Shown in pieces: positions 48,031 through 61,712 of a DNA stretch of 64,000 nucleotides. The translations under genes and the position numbers were made by a program. Under the pieces are notes generated by a model, which saw nothing but the letters and a program-made list of their open reading frames with translations, was not told the origin of the DNA and did not search any database. How positions within the stretch are numbered: the first letter of the stretch is position 1; the number at the start of each line of letters is the position of its first letter. This DNA comes from Lama guanicoe (Eukaryota): positions 62,001 to 126,000 of the forward strand of contig MU053216.1 in NCBI GenBank assembly GCA_013239625.1, in the 5' to 3' direction.

Positions 48031-50259
48031 TGTTTTGAGGGAGACCCCTCAATAAGTCTTCCTTACCCCAGCTCCCTTCTCCTCCCCCCCAAATTGAACC
48101 GGGGACACCATACTTTAGTTCTTCTTGGGCCAGTTTGAACATGGACATGAAATATATGGTTCGAAAATAACTGGTCAGCTAGTATGGGGGAAATGTTCGA
48201 AAATAGATGCATTTCTATCAAGAAGTGGGCAGGGTTGATTGTTGCTTAAGGGAAGTGCGTTCCGGTTAGAGCGCAAAGAGGCCTGCAGAAGTTGTGCCGG
48301 GTGTTTGGAGCCAAGGTTTTAGTTCTGGAAGAATAGGTCATGTACAGGTAGCAGTTGAGCTGTACGTTAAGAACGGTGAATATGAATATTCTACGTTTGC
48401 ATCAATGGGATTTTGTTCAGAAACTAGGCAACTTGAGTAAGTTCTCGGTGGCCCAAATGTGTGCAGTCACTCCTGGGAGTGAGTTGTCCTCCATGTTGGT
48501 ATTGTGGTGTACTAGGGCTGGGGTAAACCTTTCATCTACTTTCTTATCCTGTGCCCTTTGTAGGGCTCTTTCCCCAAAAAGATAGTGTTACTCTGGTTAG
48601 GTCTGGCTCCTCATGTCCTTGTCCTGGCTAGGATATTAATGGTAAGCTTTGCAAAATGTGTGATCTTGCTGCATTTCCCCATTCTGAATGTCAGACAGAC
48701 ATGATGGCCACCATTTTGTATTGAGAGTGGTACGAACTACAGTCCGAGGAAGGTGTTAAAGAGGCACAAATAAATAATCCACAAACAAAACCAATGCTCT
48801 GTTTTGAAGACTTCTTTTGTGTAGAGGAGGCTTGTTTCCTCCTTTGTTTAACAAACTCCTGTGCCAAATGGAAAGAGTTTGGGAGTATTCGTTGTTGATA
48901 CAACTAGAGAAAAGGGAAATATTTTCATAAGTTGTAGCTCTTGAAGAAAGGTCTTGTTGGAACAAAGGATTCTTAAGAGATGAGGATGTAGACCGTCTTT
49001 GTTTTAGAAAACTGTGAACAAGTGGTTTCATATAATTGAAATAAAGCAACCCAAAAAAACCAAGAGGTAGGAAATATTTTCCATGGCAATAGCTGTAAAA
49101 TGCCTGTGTTTCTAGATAATTTATGGCCACTAAGTTTTTGGAATACAAGTGGCTGTATTAAAGTGGGGATTTGGTCTGTTGGTATTGTATTTCTCTGAGG
49201 TAAGGGGAAGAATTATAAAGCATTTCTGCTTCCTTTTATCTTTATCTTTGCATTTTTAATTAATGGTACTTATGGAGCTTCAGTTTATAGTTTCTTCTCA
49301 GTGATGGTCCTAAATTGCTAAAACCTTGGGGTTCACAGAAATGTATGAAAATACAGGAAGATAAATGTGACAAAATGTAATAAATCAAGAAGTTGGTACT
49401 CAAATCCTGAGTTATAAGTTTAAAGAGGAATGTAAACAAACCTTTTTTCAAGTTACATCAAGTATGTAGGATTACTAGGCTTATTTCCTGGGCTGCTCTT
49501 TAAAATTTTATTTTATTTTGTTAACGGTCTGACTTCTGGTTTTGTTACCTTTAGAATGCAAATGTTTATTTCCTCCTTGATGTACTTAGATTTCTTTTTA
49601 AGGACAAATTATATTTTCCATGCCGCTTTGTAGTATTTGGAGATGATTACTTTTAGGGTGTAACTATTAGGCAGAAAATAGTTGGCTGCTCAGTAAATAC
49701 TTTTCTGTCTCCTGAGTTTGATTAGAATGTATTTGATGGCTTTAATAACCTTCTTTGTTGCCCTCAAACATGTAACACTTGGCCATAGATGGGCAGGTTA
49801 CACAGTTTTTTTCTCTGGTGTTCAGAAGTCAGGGATTTATTTAAGTCAGACCCCAGATGGCACAGTAGATACATTTTTCAACTTTAATTTCCTGTGGTTG
49901 TTAGTTTGATCCCTTCATCTGTATAGCCAAAGTGTAAAACTTTCAAGTGTTTTGATACAGTGAGCAGCTTTGAGTCAGCCTTTTGGTTCCACCTTTAGGA
50001 ACAAGGTGGAACTTAAACACACATTTCTTTGTATGTGGAGGTGTTAATGATACCAAGCTCTTTTTCTCTATTCCAACCTATCATTCTCTCTAATTTTAGG
50101 TTTTCTTGACTTTGGCCTAATCCTGTTGTTTTCCCAATTTTTTTGGCGTCATGAAATTTTTCTCTAGCTGTGATTCCTTGCCACCTTACATCTTTTAACA
50201 TTTGAGGGAAAGGCTTATCAATAGAAACAATCTTGAGTGAAGGAAGAATTTAAAATTAT

Positions 50260-50425
50260 TTTTAAAAAAATAACAGCTTTATTGAGCTGTGATTCATATA
50301 CCATACAGTTCATCAATTTAAAGTGTGAGATTCAATAGTTTTTAGTGTTTTCACAGTTTTACATAACATCACCACAATCAGTGTTAGAACATCATCATCC
50401 CCAAGAGAAAGCCTGTACCCAATTG
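50260..50425 (-). mobile_element. Old LINE-1 3' end fragment
   Basis: aacagctttattgagctgtgattcatataccatacagttcatcaatttaaagtgt...catcaccacaatc. Confidence 0.7.
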
Positions 50426-52320
50426 TAATTACTTTTTAAGATGAATTTAGGATTCTACTGCTCAATAGAAAAACTTTTCTTTCTCATTTGGTAGGAGTCT
50501 GGATTAAGTCCTACAGTTTTAGTTAGAATGTGTCTTCCTTAAACAAAATTAAGAACAAACTTCATTTGTTGTAGTCTTTGAATGGGTGTTTAGCTAAATT
50601 TGACTTTGCCAGTGGTAAATTGGTCACACGAGGAGCCACAAACATCCATCTAGCTGTACCTCTTAGCGAACTAATCAATAAATTAATAGATTCTTAGAAT
50701 GTAATGTGAGTGATACTACAAATATATGAGGGGGCTAAAGATTCACATTCCCCACCCCCATTGGAAAAGTTTCCCTTCCTGTGGTTATAAAAAAAGTTTG
50801 TTTAAACATGCAGTATAAACCTTTTTAAAGAGCAAAATGAATAGAGAATTGCCTTTGAAAAGTGTTAATGTTTTGAATTAAGACTTGGGATTGAGTTCAT
50901 TATTGAGACACTGATAACAAAAATTAGAGAAAATTAACGCTCAATTTCATTCTTTGTCTCTAAGGTACTTAATTTTCTTTATTTCTGATTGATAGAGCCA
51001 ATAGGAAACTTGCTTACTTATTTACATAATATAGGCAGATAGAAATCTGCCAGTGAGAGAATTTTCTTTTAGAAAGATAAAAACATTGCAAACTGTTTGA
51101 TTAAAAAGGGGAGGGGGCGGTTTATGTGCTGTAAATGGGATCTTCTTGTAGGCTTTTGCAACCTCTCATTGTTTTAATTGGACCACACTAAAGTTTGGTT
51201 ATAGAAAAGGATAAAGGGAGAGCTCATGCCCCAAAATGAAAGTGCTAATTAATTAGGATCTTGGACTTAGGTTACAGGATGCCTACTTGGGTACCTCCTT
51301 GCAAAGCCCATCTATGGATTTTAAAACCGGTAACCTAGAAAGACCTTGCTTTCCTCATTGTGCAGTCCTTGCGTTGAGCTGGTGGTTTGATGTTTCCTTT
51401 CCAAGAGAGTTAGATATTCTCTGGAGATTATGCTAGTATACCTGTTTTCAAGTGCAGAAAATCATTGCAGACTCAAGAAAAAATTTAAGTTAGGTGGGAT
51501 TAATGTTGAGAACTGAAGAGGTGGCTACTTTCCTTTTTGAAATTTCTAAGTTTGAGTCCTTTGAGAAGGAATCACCAGAGGCACACTGATGAGCCCCTTT
51601 GAAATGAGTGGGTCCGTGGAGTGATATTCTGGGAAAGCCATTGCCACTGGTCATTCTCATTTACTTTAGATTAAGTTTGAGAAACTGGTATCTGGATTTT
51701 AAACTCTGAGTTGTGAGAAATTTGTTTTGTACATGAAAATTGTATGCAGCTTCACAAGGATTTTCTAAGTATTTTATTAACTGGTATATCCTAGCATGGG
51801 ATTAAAGAGAAGAATGAGAGACTACCTTTGTACACCTCAAAAAATTCTTCCAAAAATGCTCCCTTTTCTGTCATTAACTATTAGATGAGTTCTGTGGTGA
51901 TTTTGGTTTTTCAGTTCCCAAGTTTATGAAGACTAATGAGAAGAAGCCACCTCTAGGGCAGTAAGACATTTTTGTTCCATAATTGTAAGATTTTTGGAAC
52001 AAAGATGTGGAATTTGAGACTTTTTTTTTTAAACATCAGATCTTTAATTGTAGACCATTCCTGTTGAAGCATCATTGCCATACACCTTTAGACATGGCCT
52101 AGAGTCATCCAGTCTGTACGTCTGGGGAGTTTGTTTTTTAATCAGTTAAGCTTGCTTTCTAGACTAAGGACTAGTTACTTGTTCTGCAAAAGCCTTCATT
52201 TGCAGGGTGTACATGGAATTTTTTTATTATGAAAATTATTTAAGTATACCCAAAACCATAGAGAATATAGTCTCTTTACCTATTTTTCTAGGTATAAGAG
52301 CAGAAGGCAATATGGATGGA

Positions 52321-52940
52321 TCTCTAGGTCCATCCATGTTGCTGCAAATGGCATTATTTTATTCTTTGGTATGGCTGAGTAGTATTCCATTGTATATTTA
52401 TACTGTATCTTCATCCAGTCATCAGTTGATGGACATTGGGTTGTTTCCGTGTCTTGGCTTTTGTGAATAGTGCTTCTTTGAACATTGGGGTGGGTGTGTC
52501 TTTTTGAATTATATTTTTCTCTAAGTATATGCCCAACAGTGGGATTGCTGGATCACATGGTAAGTCTATTTTTAGTTTTTTAAGGAACCTGTGTACTGTC
52601 CTCCATAGTGGCTGCACCAATCTACACTCCCACCAACAGTGTAAGAGGGTTCCCTTTTCTCCACACCCTCTCCAGCATTTATTGTTTGTAGACTTTTATT
52701 GATGGCTGGTGTGAGGTGATATTTCACTGTAGTTTTGATTTGCGTTTCTCTGACAGTTAGCAATGCTGAGCATTTTTTTCACTGCCTATTGGCCATTTGT
52801 ATGTCTTCACTGGAGAATTGCTTGTTAAGGTCTTTTGCCTATTTTTGGATTGGGTTTCTTGTTTTTTTGATATTAAGGTGTACGTATGAGCTGTTTGTAT
52901 ATTTTGGAAATTAGTCCCTTGTCGGTCACATCATTTGCAA
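52321..52940 (-). mobile_element. LINE-1 ORF2 C-terminal segment lacking 3' UTR and poly-A
   Basis: - strand ORFs [28 protein letters not shown] and [31 protein letters not shown] match the L1 ORF2 C-terminus. Confidence 0.9.
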
Positions 52941-54023
52941 TTTGCCAGTGACTTTCTTACTTTTTGTTCTTTTTGGTAGAGTTGCTTGTATTTTTCCAAT
53001 TGTGTTTTTATTTGAGTCTTCTTGAAAACTTTTCATTTTGGAGAGTTCAGATTCCAGATCTTTAATTCTGAGTTCCATTTGACTTCTTTTTGAAGAATTA
53101 TTATTCTCTCTTAACGGCTCTAAGTTTTCTTGAGATGCAGCTTGTGTCTGTAAACATAGGTTGACATCTTCTAATTTTTCTGGTATATCCTGTCTTGCTC
53201 GTTCTTCACTCTCCCATTGATACTGCTCTACTTGACTGTTCTGCCGTATTCATTTCTATATGACTTTAAGGTTTACTACTTCTTGTTCCAATTTCTCTTT
53301 ATTCTCTAGTTTTCACATTTCTTTTGCTTTACTTTCGGAGATAATAACTCCTGTTGAAGAATTTGATTTCTGAATCCAGATGTAAACATTTTAAAGATGT
53401 AGTTTCCAGTTTTGTTGTAAGATCATCAATCTTATGTTTGAGCATATTAGTATGAATATCTATTTCAATTTGATTGGTTTTTAAATTTCCATGGAAACTA
53501 ATCTCTCCAGTTTCATATTCATTTAACTTCCTTCTTGTCATTTTTAAGAGTTCCTTATATCTAGTATTCTCTTTTTCTAATTCATCATTTTTTTTATTTC
53601 TTTATCCAAACTATATTCCAGAGATTGCTTTAACTCAGTTAATTTCTTTAATTGTTCCTTTTCATCCTCAGACAAACTTGTGCTTAACAGGTTTTTCTGA
53701 AGCTGTTCAATTTTGCCTGCTTGCTTTTTGATTGTAACTTTTAACTTGGAATTTTCAATTTCAAGCTTTTCAAGCTTTTGCATGTGATCCTGTGCCTTCT
53801 CAGCACATCTCATGGTCTCTGTGTGTCGATCCTGTGCTTCTTGCAATTGACTTGTGATTTGACGTAGTTTCTTTAAATCCTGTGCCTCATCTTCTAAATT
53901 AGTACAATAACGTGATGCGACCTCCAGTGAAGCCTCCAACATAGGTTGCTTCTCTAGGGTGTGAGCCAGTTCTTGTTGAAGCTGTCTCACAATGGCTTCT
54001 CTTTCTGCTTTCTCATTTTCATA
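52941..54023 (-). pseudogene. ANKRD26: Processed pseudogene fragment of ANKRD26 family (C-terminal coiled coil)
   Basis: YENEKAERE..RQLQQELAHTLEKQPMLEASLEV..LQEAQDRHTE..LSEDEKEQLKKL..MTRRKLNEYE.GE.SFHG..KHKIDDLT..KCLHLD..KVRKSL; continuous with no introns; frameshifts and stops. Confidence 0.88.
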
Positions 54024-54955
54024 TTAATAACAATAAATGTAAAATTTAAGAAGTATTTTGCAGGGATAAAAATAAGCTTTAATAAGGAAAGTGTGTGTGG
54101 ATTTTTTTTCCTATTATGTAAAAGGAGTCAGTGTTTCTAGATTTTTAGAAATAAGTGGGTAGAATCTTGAATCTAACTCCATCATGACCTTGGACAAAGT
54201 CATTTCTTTTTCCAATGTATGCCTTCTCATCTGCTATAAGGAGATCTGACACTGACCTAGGGCTGCTGTCCAGATTAATTAATTGATGGATTGCAAGGAG
54301 CTTAAATCCCAGAAGCTTTATTTGCTCACAGCTAAGAAGGGTCTGGGGACAGATTTAGAGACAGAGGTTAGGGCCAAATACATAACCCTCATTTTCCCTA
54401 CAGCAAAAGAATTTTTAAAAGTGAAACTTGAAAAGCCAAAAGCCTCGTGTCATAACTAGAATATACAGAATGTAATTCTTCCATTGATTTAGATAAAGCT
54501 TTTCTGTACTTGGATTTTTAAAAAAATTAATTGAAATAAAACTTTCAGGTAGAGCTGTTGCAAGCTATTTCAGAAAATGTGTAGTACATGTGTGTTATGC
54601 ATAGCGTGTGTATATGGGCAAAAGTTTGTATTCACCGAGCTTTGTGTTAAAAACTGTTTAAGATTACTTTAATTTCCCCTAGGGATGGCTGTGATGCTGT
54701 GGAAGCCCTGCAGATGGAGTGCATTATGTTTTATCTAACAATTTAACTATCCCAATTCCTGCCTGACAAGAGGGTTAGTAGATTGAATCTTTAAATTACT
54801 TGTAAAGTGGGGAGAAAAGTACAACAGGTGGTAAGAAAAGCTTTACCTTTGATGTTCAGGACAGAGCCTGATTTTGTTCTTTTAATAACAAGTAGGCAAA
54901 CTTTTTAAAAACAAAGCTGGTTAGAACTCCTATATAGTCATACAAGTCTGAATTC

Positions 54956-55092
54956 TTTTTTTTTTTTTTTTTGGTGGGAGGAGGTAATTAGGTTTGTTTA
55001 CTTATTTATTCTTAGAGGAGGTACCAGGGATTGAACCCAGAACCCCATACATGCTAAGCATGCACTCTACCACTTCAGCTATATCCTTCCCC
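54956..55092 (-). mobile_element. tRNA-derived SINE (Vic-1-like)
   Basis: Full antisense copy; tctgaattct TSD on both sides. Confidence 0.88.
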
Positions 55093-56552
55093 TCTGAATT
55101 CTCCAATTTTTTTGTTCAACTATGTATCTTCTGTTATGGAACTTTGTTTCTTAGGTGGACCCATATATGTTGTATTTCTCCTGGTGTGGCTTTTTTTGTT
55201 TTTTTCTTCAGTCAAGCAGTTCACTCACTTCTGCTTTCTGGATTAAAACACTGTCTAATAATGGTATATATCAAGTTCTAAAATCTTTAAGAATGCTGAG
55301 TTTTTTAGTTGTGAGCTGGTAGCTAGGCTGAGCCTTCTCTTTATAGCTATGTTTCTCATGTGGCCCAAGCAGATTTTTGTGCATTCCTGTGTTAATTCTT
55401 GCCACCTCACAGCTTGACCAAATTGCAATGTTAGAGAACTCAGTTTAAACCTGTATTTTCAGCACTTAGTGGGACTTTTATTCAGCATGTGCTCCTATGA
55501 GGCATACTGATACCTGAACATCTGCTCCACCCTTCTAACTCCAGAGACAAAGAACAAATCCCTATCAAAACCACATAATTACAAGGTCTTTAAGGCAAAA
55601 TCCTCCCAATTTTCTGTGTGGTTGTATCAATTCGTCATTTGGTGACATTTAAACCAGATGGGAATGGCTCATCCTTGCCAGGCTTTAACTTGGATGGGAG
55701 AGTGAGGATCTCTTAGGATTAGTACTTTGGTATCTTTTTATTTGAGTGATGGGGGTTGAGGGCATGGAAATGAGTGAGGTCTATGAAGCGAATTTTGGGA
55801 GTATGATCTCCATTTTGTGAAATTCCAGGTATTCCAAGCTTTTTCTTCTCCCAGAGAGGCTGTTATCCAGTATTAGGACGCATTTTGGACAAATTGAGAA
55901 TAGCCACCAAATTTTCAAGTGAAAGGCTGGCCTCAAGGATTTGTGTAGGGTGTGGATTTGGGTTTTTTTAAAAATTGTACTTGATGGCAACCTCCTCTGG
56001 GTTCCTCTCTATAACCACGTTTTTTCCCCCACTGCTAACCTTGCAGCTTTCCCTATTTTTTATGTATAAAATAGATCTTTGAGTTATGTGATAGATAATT
56101 GCTCATCAAGATTTTTTGAGGGCAACCAGGTTTAAAATTTGATTTAAGATGTAAGATAATGTGATTTTGGAGGTTGGTATTAACTAGCTAGGAAGTGAGA
56201 ACTTGCACAGAATAGAGATTTTGTGGAAGGATTGTGGAGCTGGAATCCAAACATTTGGCTTTTGATGTATGTTCCATTACTTACATGTTATCCTTGAGCT
56301 TCCAGCCTTGGAGGTCATGACTTGTTTTCGGAGTTTTATTCCATTAGCCTGCCTTATGAAATGAGAATAATTCTGGCTCTGCTTTATATGATGAGGCCTG
56401 AATGTGCTCAAGGTCACCTGACCACGAAGTGGTGGAGCCTGTTTTAAGCTGATACAGTACAGAGTTAGTGCTCTTGGCCACTATTTATGCTGCCTCTTAT
56501 ATATCCACATGCAACGGGGTTACATGAGATGGTTGGAAAGTTAAGAATCTTA

Positions 56553-57300
56553 CTTTTTTTTAATTGAAGTATAGTTGATTCACAATATTGTGTTAGTTTC
56601 AGGTACACAGCAAAGTGATTCAGTTATGTATATACATATTTTTTTTCCAGCTGCTTTTCCATTATAGGTTATTACAAGATACTGGATATTGTTTCTCATG
56701 TTAATACAGTAAATCCTTGTTGCTTACCTATTTTATTTATGTAGTTCGTATCTGTTAATCCTGTACTTCCCTGCCTTTCCCCTTGGTAACCATAAGTTTG
56801 TTTTCTGTGTCTGTGAGTCTTTCTGTTTTGTATATAAACTCATTTGTCTTATTTTTTAGTTTCTACATAGCTTAGTGGTATCATATAATATTTGTCTTTC
56901 TCTGTCTGATTTACTTCACTTAGTACGATAACCTCTAGGTCCATCCATGTTGCTGCAGATGGCATTATTTCATACTTTTTATGGCTGAGTAGTATTCCAC
57001 TGTATATATGTATAAATATACACACCACATCTTTATCCAGTCATATGTCAGTGGACACTTAGATTGCTTCCATGTCTTGGCTGTGTTGTATGTGATGCTA
57101 CTGTGAACATTGGGGTGCGTGTATCTTTTTGAATTAGAGTTTTTGTCTTTTCCAGGTATATGCCTAGGAGTGGGATTCCTGAATCATGGTAGCTCTATTT
57201 TTAGTTTTTTTAAGGAACCTCCGTTCTATTTTCCATAGTGGCTGCACCAATTTACACTCCCACCAACAGTGTAGGAGGGTTCCCTTTTCTCCACACCCTC
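56553..57300 (-). mobile_element. 5'-truncated LINE-1 3' end
   Basis: ttttttttaattgaagtatagttgatt...ccatccatgttgctgc...gggttcccttttctccacaccctc; aatctta on both sides. Confidence 0.88.
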
Positions 57301-58033
57301 AATCTTATTCTTTTTGCTTACACTTTCTATTCTGGTAGGCTGCCTTTTTTTCTGATAAGTTTAGCAAAAACCATTTTTGTTAACTTAGTTCTTGCTGCTA
57401 AGGTAGGACAATTTTATAGATAAGCTGTGCTGAGAGAAGTTAAGTGACTTGTCTAAGGTGCACAGGTTTTAAAGGACAGATTGGGGAATTCCAAACTTTT
57501 GCTTCTAAGTTCAGTCAGTGTTCCTTCTAATACATGGTGGCCTGTGGCTTCTTTCAGAGATCCTAGAAATTAGCTGCGCCTTTTTGGGAAGGAGAGTATG
57601 ATCTTGCTTTCTTTTGGGAAATCAAAAATTGAAAGCTGCATATATATGATACCAAACTTTTTACAGTACCATTTCATTTTGTCTATTATAGTTGTATATA
57701 AAATTTCCAAAATTTTAAATAAAATGTGCCCTCATTTTTTTAGTTTATCAGTATGTATGGGCTTAGTCTTTTCATGTACTGTTGGTTGGCTCATTTGTGT
57801 GGAAACCCCTGGCTCTTCAATTTCAGTGACCACTCAGCTTCAATTAATTAGAAGAGTATGTAAGTAAGAAGCTCCTCATCATGCTTCTTTGAAAGCTCTG
57901 CTAGGTTTGAGAACTACCGGTTTGGTATTTCCTTGATGAGGTTAGGCAGCTGTTAATATAAGGAATCTTCTTACCTGTTGACTTTGAATTAATAGGAATT
58001 CTCAGTTCTACTGCAGGAAACTAGGGAATCCTT

Positions 58034-58159
58034 TTTTCTTGGGGGTGGGGAATGAGGGTTATTTATTTAATTTTTAATTTAACAGAGGTACTGGGGATTG
58101 AACCCATGACCTCGTGCATGCTAAGCGTGTGCTCTGCCACTAAGCTATACCCTCCCCCC
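58034..58159 (-). mobile_element. tRNA-derived SINE (Vic-1-like)
   Basis: Antisense copy; gggaatccttttt TSD at 58024 and 58162. Confidence 0.88.
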
Positions 58160-61139
58160 TGGGGAATCCTTTTTGTTAGCTCTGGTGAATGAAGAAATGA
58201 GTTGGGTCCTTGAGATTGGTTATGGGTTCAGTTCAGTACATTTATTGATATGTCATTAAGTACCAGGAATTGTGTTAAGGTTCTACAGTTAACAGCTTTA
58301 ACTTAAAGGAACTTATAGTTTACTGATGAGAAAGATCTGCAACCACATTACATAGTATGATGTGTGCAAGTAATGGAAATTGTATATAGAATGGTTGAAG
58401 ATGTTAGGGTTGGGGGGACGTGGAGGTGGGTGGAGTATGGGGAGGGGGCTGCCTGGGTGTCGAGGAAGGCTTTGGGGTAGGGGGAAAATAGTATAGAATG
58501 ACATGACAACCCCCAGAAACACCAGCATTTAAAGAATGAAGGGGATCTTAGCTGGAGGCTGCAGGAAATGTGCTGGGAAGCCAAAGAAAGAAAAAAGCAG
58601 GTTTGTTGAGAGTCTATTTCAGACTTATGTGACTTCTTGGCGATGGTGTTCTTAGGTCTCAACTCTAGACACAGCTGTAAAAATCCTCTATTTAAAATCT
58701 GGAAAAGTAGATAATAGAAGAGTTTTATAGTGTGTGACCCACTGATACCAGGCAGCCATTCAAATCAGAACCAGTTTTCAGGCTGGAACTTCGTCATATT
58801 TTAGGTTAAAGTGGGTTATCTTTTAATTCATATTGATTATTAAATGTGGCAGTAAATGTTAAAGAAGTAAGACAGTGCTATCTCTACAACGCTGAGATAG
58901 AAGGTAGATTTATTTTAAGATATTTGGACTTAAGACCTATTTACCATCCGAAATTGAGCTTGCTTATGTATTAGTATATCCTTTTCTCTTTCAAACAGGA
59001 GATCTAGCCTTGAAGCATGGGTCAGGATTATAGTATATTTATTGAACAGACAAGCAGGTTGTGTCAGTATCAGATGATTAGATGATTAGGGATAAACAGA
59101 GCAGCTTGCTAGCAATTCCAGTTCAGGTTCAAGCTTCAGTCTTTTACTTCACATATGGCCATTAGGGATCATACATGTTCTAAAATTATTTCTACTTTTA
59201 TTGTTAGATTCATAGTTAATATGTCTTAATTGCAGCAGGACTGAATAGCTGTTAAATATTTGTGTTTAGTAGAATATATGGCTTACTATTTACACTTTTT
59301 TTTTTTAGTACAATTGCAGATGTGTCTTCAGATGGAACATCAAGCAAAACAAAAGATTTCTTAATCCTTTAGTATCTTCTCTGCGGCTCAGGGTGATTTT
59401 TAGTGACACTACTTACTGTCCCGTTCCTGACCTTGATTTTGAACCTCCAGGAGGGACCAGTTTGTGAAGTACTAAAGATAGAGCATGTGTTTACAGATCT
59501 GATGAGGCCTTAAACTTAGGGTGTGGGATGTTTAACTTTCTCTGCCCTTGGTGCCCAGGTAGCTTTGGGTGTTGCTGTGTGAAGGTTGAGGGGGCAGAGT
59601 CCAACCTCATTCTTAAAACCTCTTTCCCTGAAAATCATTTTTGGAACCTTTCTGAAGTGTGTAAGCTTCTCTTCACTTTTGCAGTCTCAGTTTTCTGCCA
59701 GGAATTGTCATTTTCTCACTAGGATCCTAGATATGAAAGAAAACAGTCAAAACTACTTCTTAAATAATTTCCTGGGAGAAAAACTGTGGCATTATAGCTA
59801 CTTGATCATAATATGGCTTAGTGCAGGCTTATTGAAGTGGTATTTGCACCACTTATAGTTGCTATAGAGGGAGAAATTTTTTCTGGACTATTCAGTGACC
59901 GTAAGATGTCTATGAATGACCTGAAAAAAATAATGCTTTCCTGTTAACTTTTTATGATTGACCATCATATTGTCAGCCCATTTAAGTGGAAGATGATTTG
60001 TTCTAGGGGCTTAACTTTCTTAGGATTCCTCATTGGTGAATTTTAAGAGGATGTTTTCATTATAGACCTTATACAACTTCTGGGATATGCCAAAAATCTG
60101 CATGAATCACTCCAGGTAACTTTGTCTGATATCTATTCAGGACATTTTGGAAGAGTAAGGAGGCCTGCGTTTGATCCAGTTATTCCCTTACTCTTACTGT
60201 GTACAAACCAGGTGGTACTTAGCTTGTTCCTATGGCAGGGCCTAGAAGGGAACTGTTTCTTTGAGGTTTGTGGAGCAGTATCAATGCTAGGACCATTTTA
60301 CATTTTCACATGGCTTTAACAATAATATATTTAAATCATTTAGAAGCCCTGTAAATACAGATTATGTCAAAGTTTTATTAAAAGTGGTGAAAAAGGAACT
60401 TACTGGGACTAATGCTTAAGTAAATACCTTGGCATGTCTCTTTTTTCTGGTGTATTTTCATTTACCAGTAGATGGTTAATAGAAATAATGCTTTGCCTTC
60501 CTGAATATTTAATATTCAGAAATTAAAAGATTCTTTTAAACAAAAAGTTGTGTAAAACCAAAAATTGGTGTTTACCAGGCCCTATCTATAGGAATTACAA
60601 TTTTAACAAAAGTTCTTATCCCTTGGTATTTATTATCTTAATACAGCTATTGGAAGTCCGTAAATGTTTGCAAATGACTGCATTGGTATTTTCAGGATCT
60701 TTTTGGTGGTAGGACTTTAACACAAGTCCAGAACTTACATAAATGAACTTGGCTTTTACCTAATGTCCCTCTTCTGTTCCAGGATCTCATCTGGGCACCA
60801 CATTACATTTGATTGTCCTGTCTCTTCAGGCTCTTAGCTGTGGCAGTTTCTCAGATTTCTTGTTTTTGATGACCTTGACAGTTTTGAGGAGGGCTGACTG
60901 GGTGTATGGGCAATTGCTTTTTTTCTTTTCTTTTTTTTTAAAGGGGACATATATTCTTGCAGTCTTACCTGTTGGCTGTGGAAAGATTTAAACACTAAAG
61001 CTGTGAGAGTTTTTGTATCACCTTAACTAAGTAAACCTTGTGCTATAGTATGAACCTCACTTGATAACGATTGCCCATACCTAAATAAGGAGCATGATGT
61101 GTCTTTACTAAAATATTGTTCCCTTTGTTTCCAAATTCT

Positions 61140-61712
61140 GTTTGTTTGTTTGTTTATATTGAAGTATAGTCAGTTACAGTGTATCAGTTCTTGGCGTACA
61201 ACGTAATGTCCTAGTCATGCATATACACGTATATTTGTTTTCATATTCTTTTTCATTAAAGGTTATTGTAAGATATTAAATACAGTTTCCTGTGCTATAC
61301 AGAAGAAATTTTTTTTAAGTCTGTTTTTATATATAGTGGCTAACATTTGCAAATCTCAAACTCCCAAATTTGTCTCTTCCCTCTCTATTTCCCCTGGTAA
61401 CCATAAGATTGTTTACTATGTCTGCAAGTCTGTTCCTGTTTTGTAGATGAGTTCATAGTGTCCTTTTTTGTTGTTGTTGTTACTTTTGTTTTGTTTTTTA
61501 GATTCCACATGTGAGTGATAACATATGGTATTTTTCTTTCTCTTTCTGGCTTACTTCACATAGATTGACAGTCTCCAGGTCCATCCATGTTGCTGCAGAT
61601 CTCATTATTTTATTCTTTTTTATGGCTGAGTAGTATTCCATTGTATAAATGTGAACTTCTTTATCCAGTCAACCATCAGTGGACATTTAGACTGCCTCCA
61701 TGTCTTGGTGTT
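61140..61712 (-). mobile_element. 5'-truncated LINE-1 3' end
   Basis: (gttt)n tail, attgaagtatagtcagttac...ccatccatgttgctgc; ccaaattct TSD at 61131 and 61714. Confidence 0.88.
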
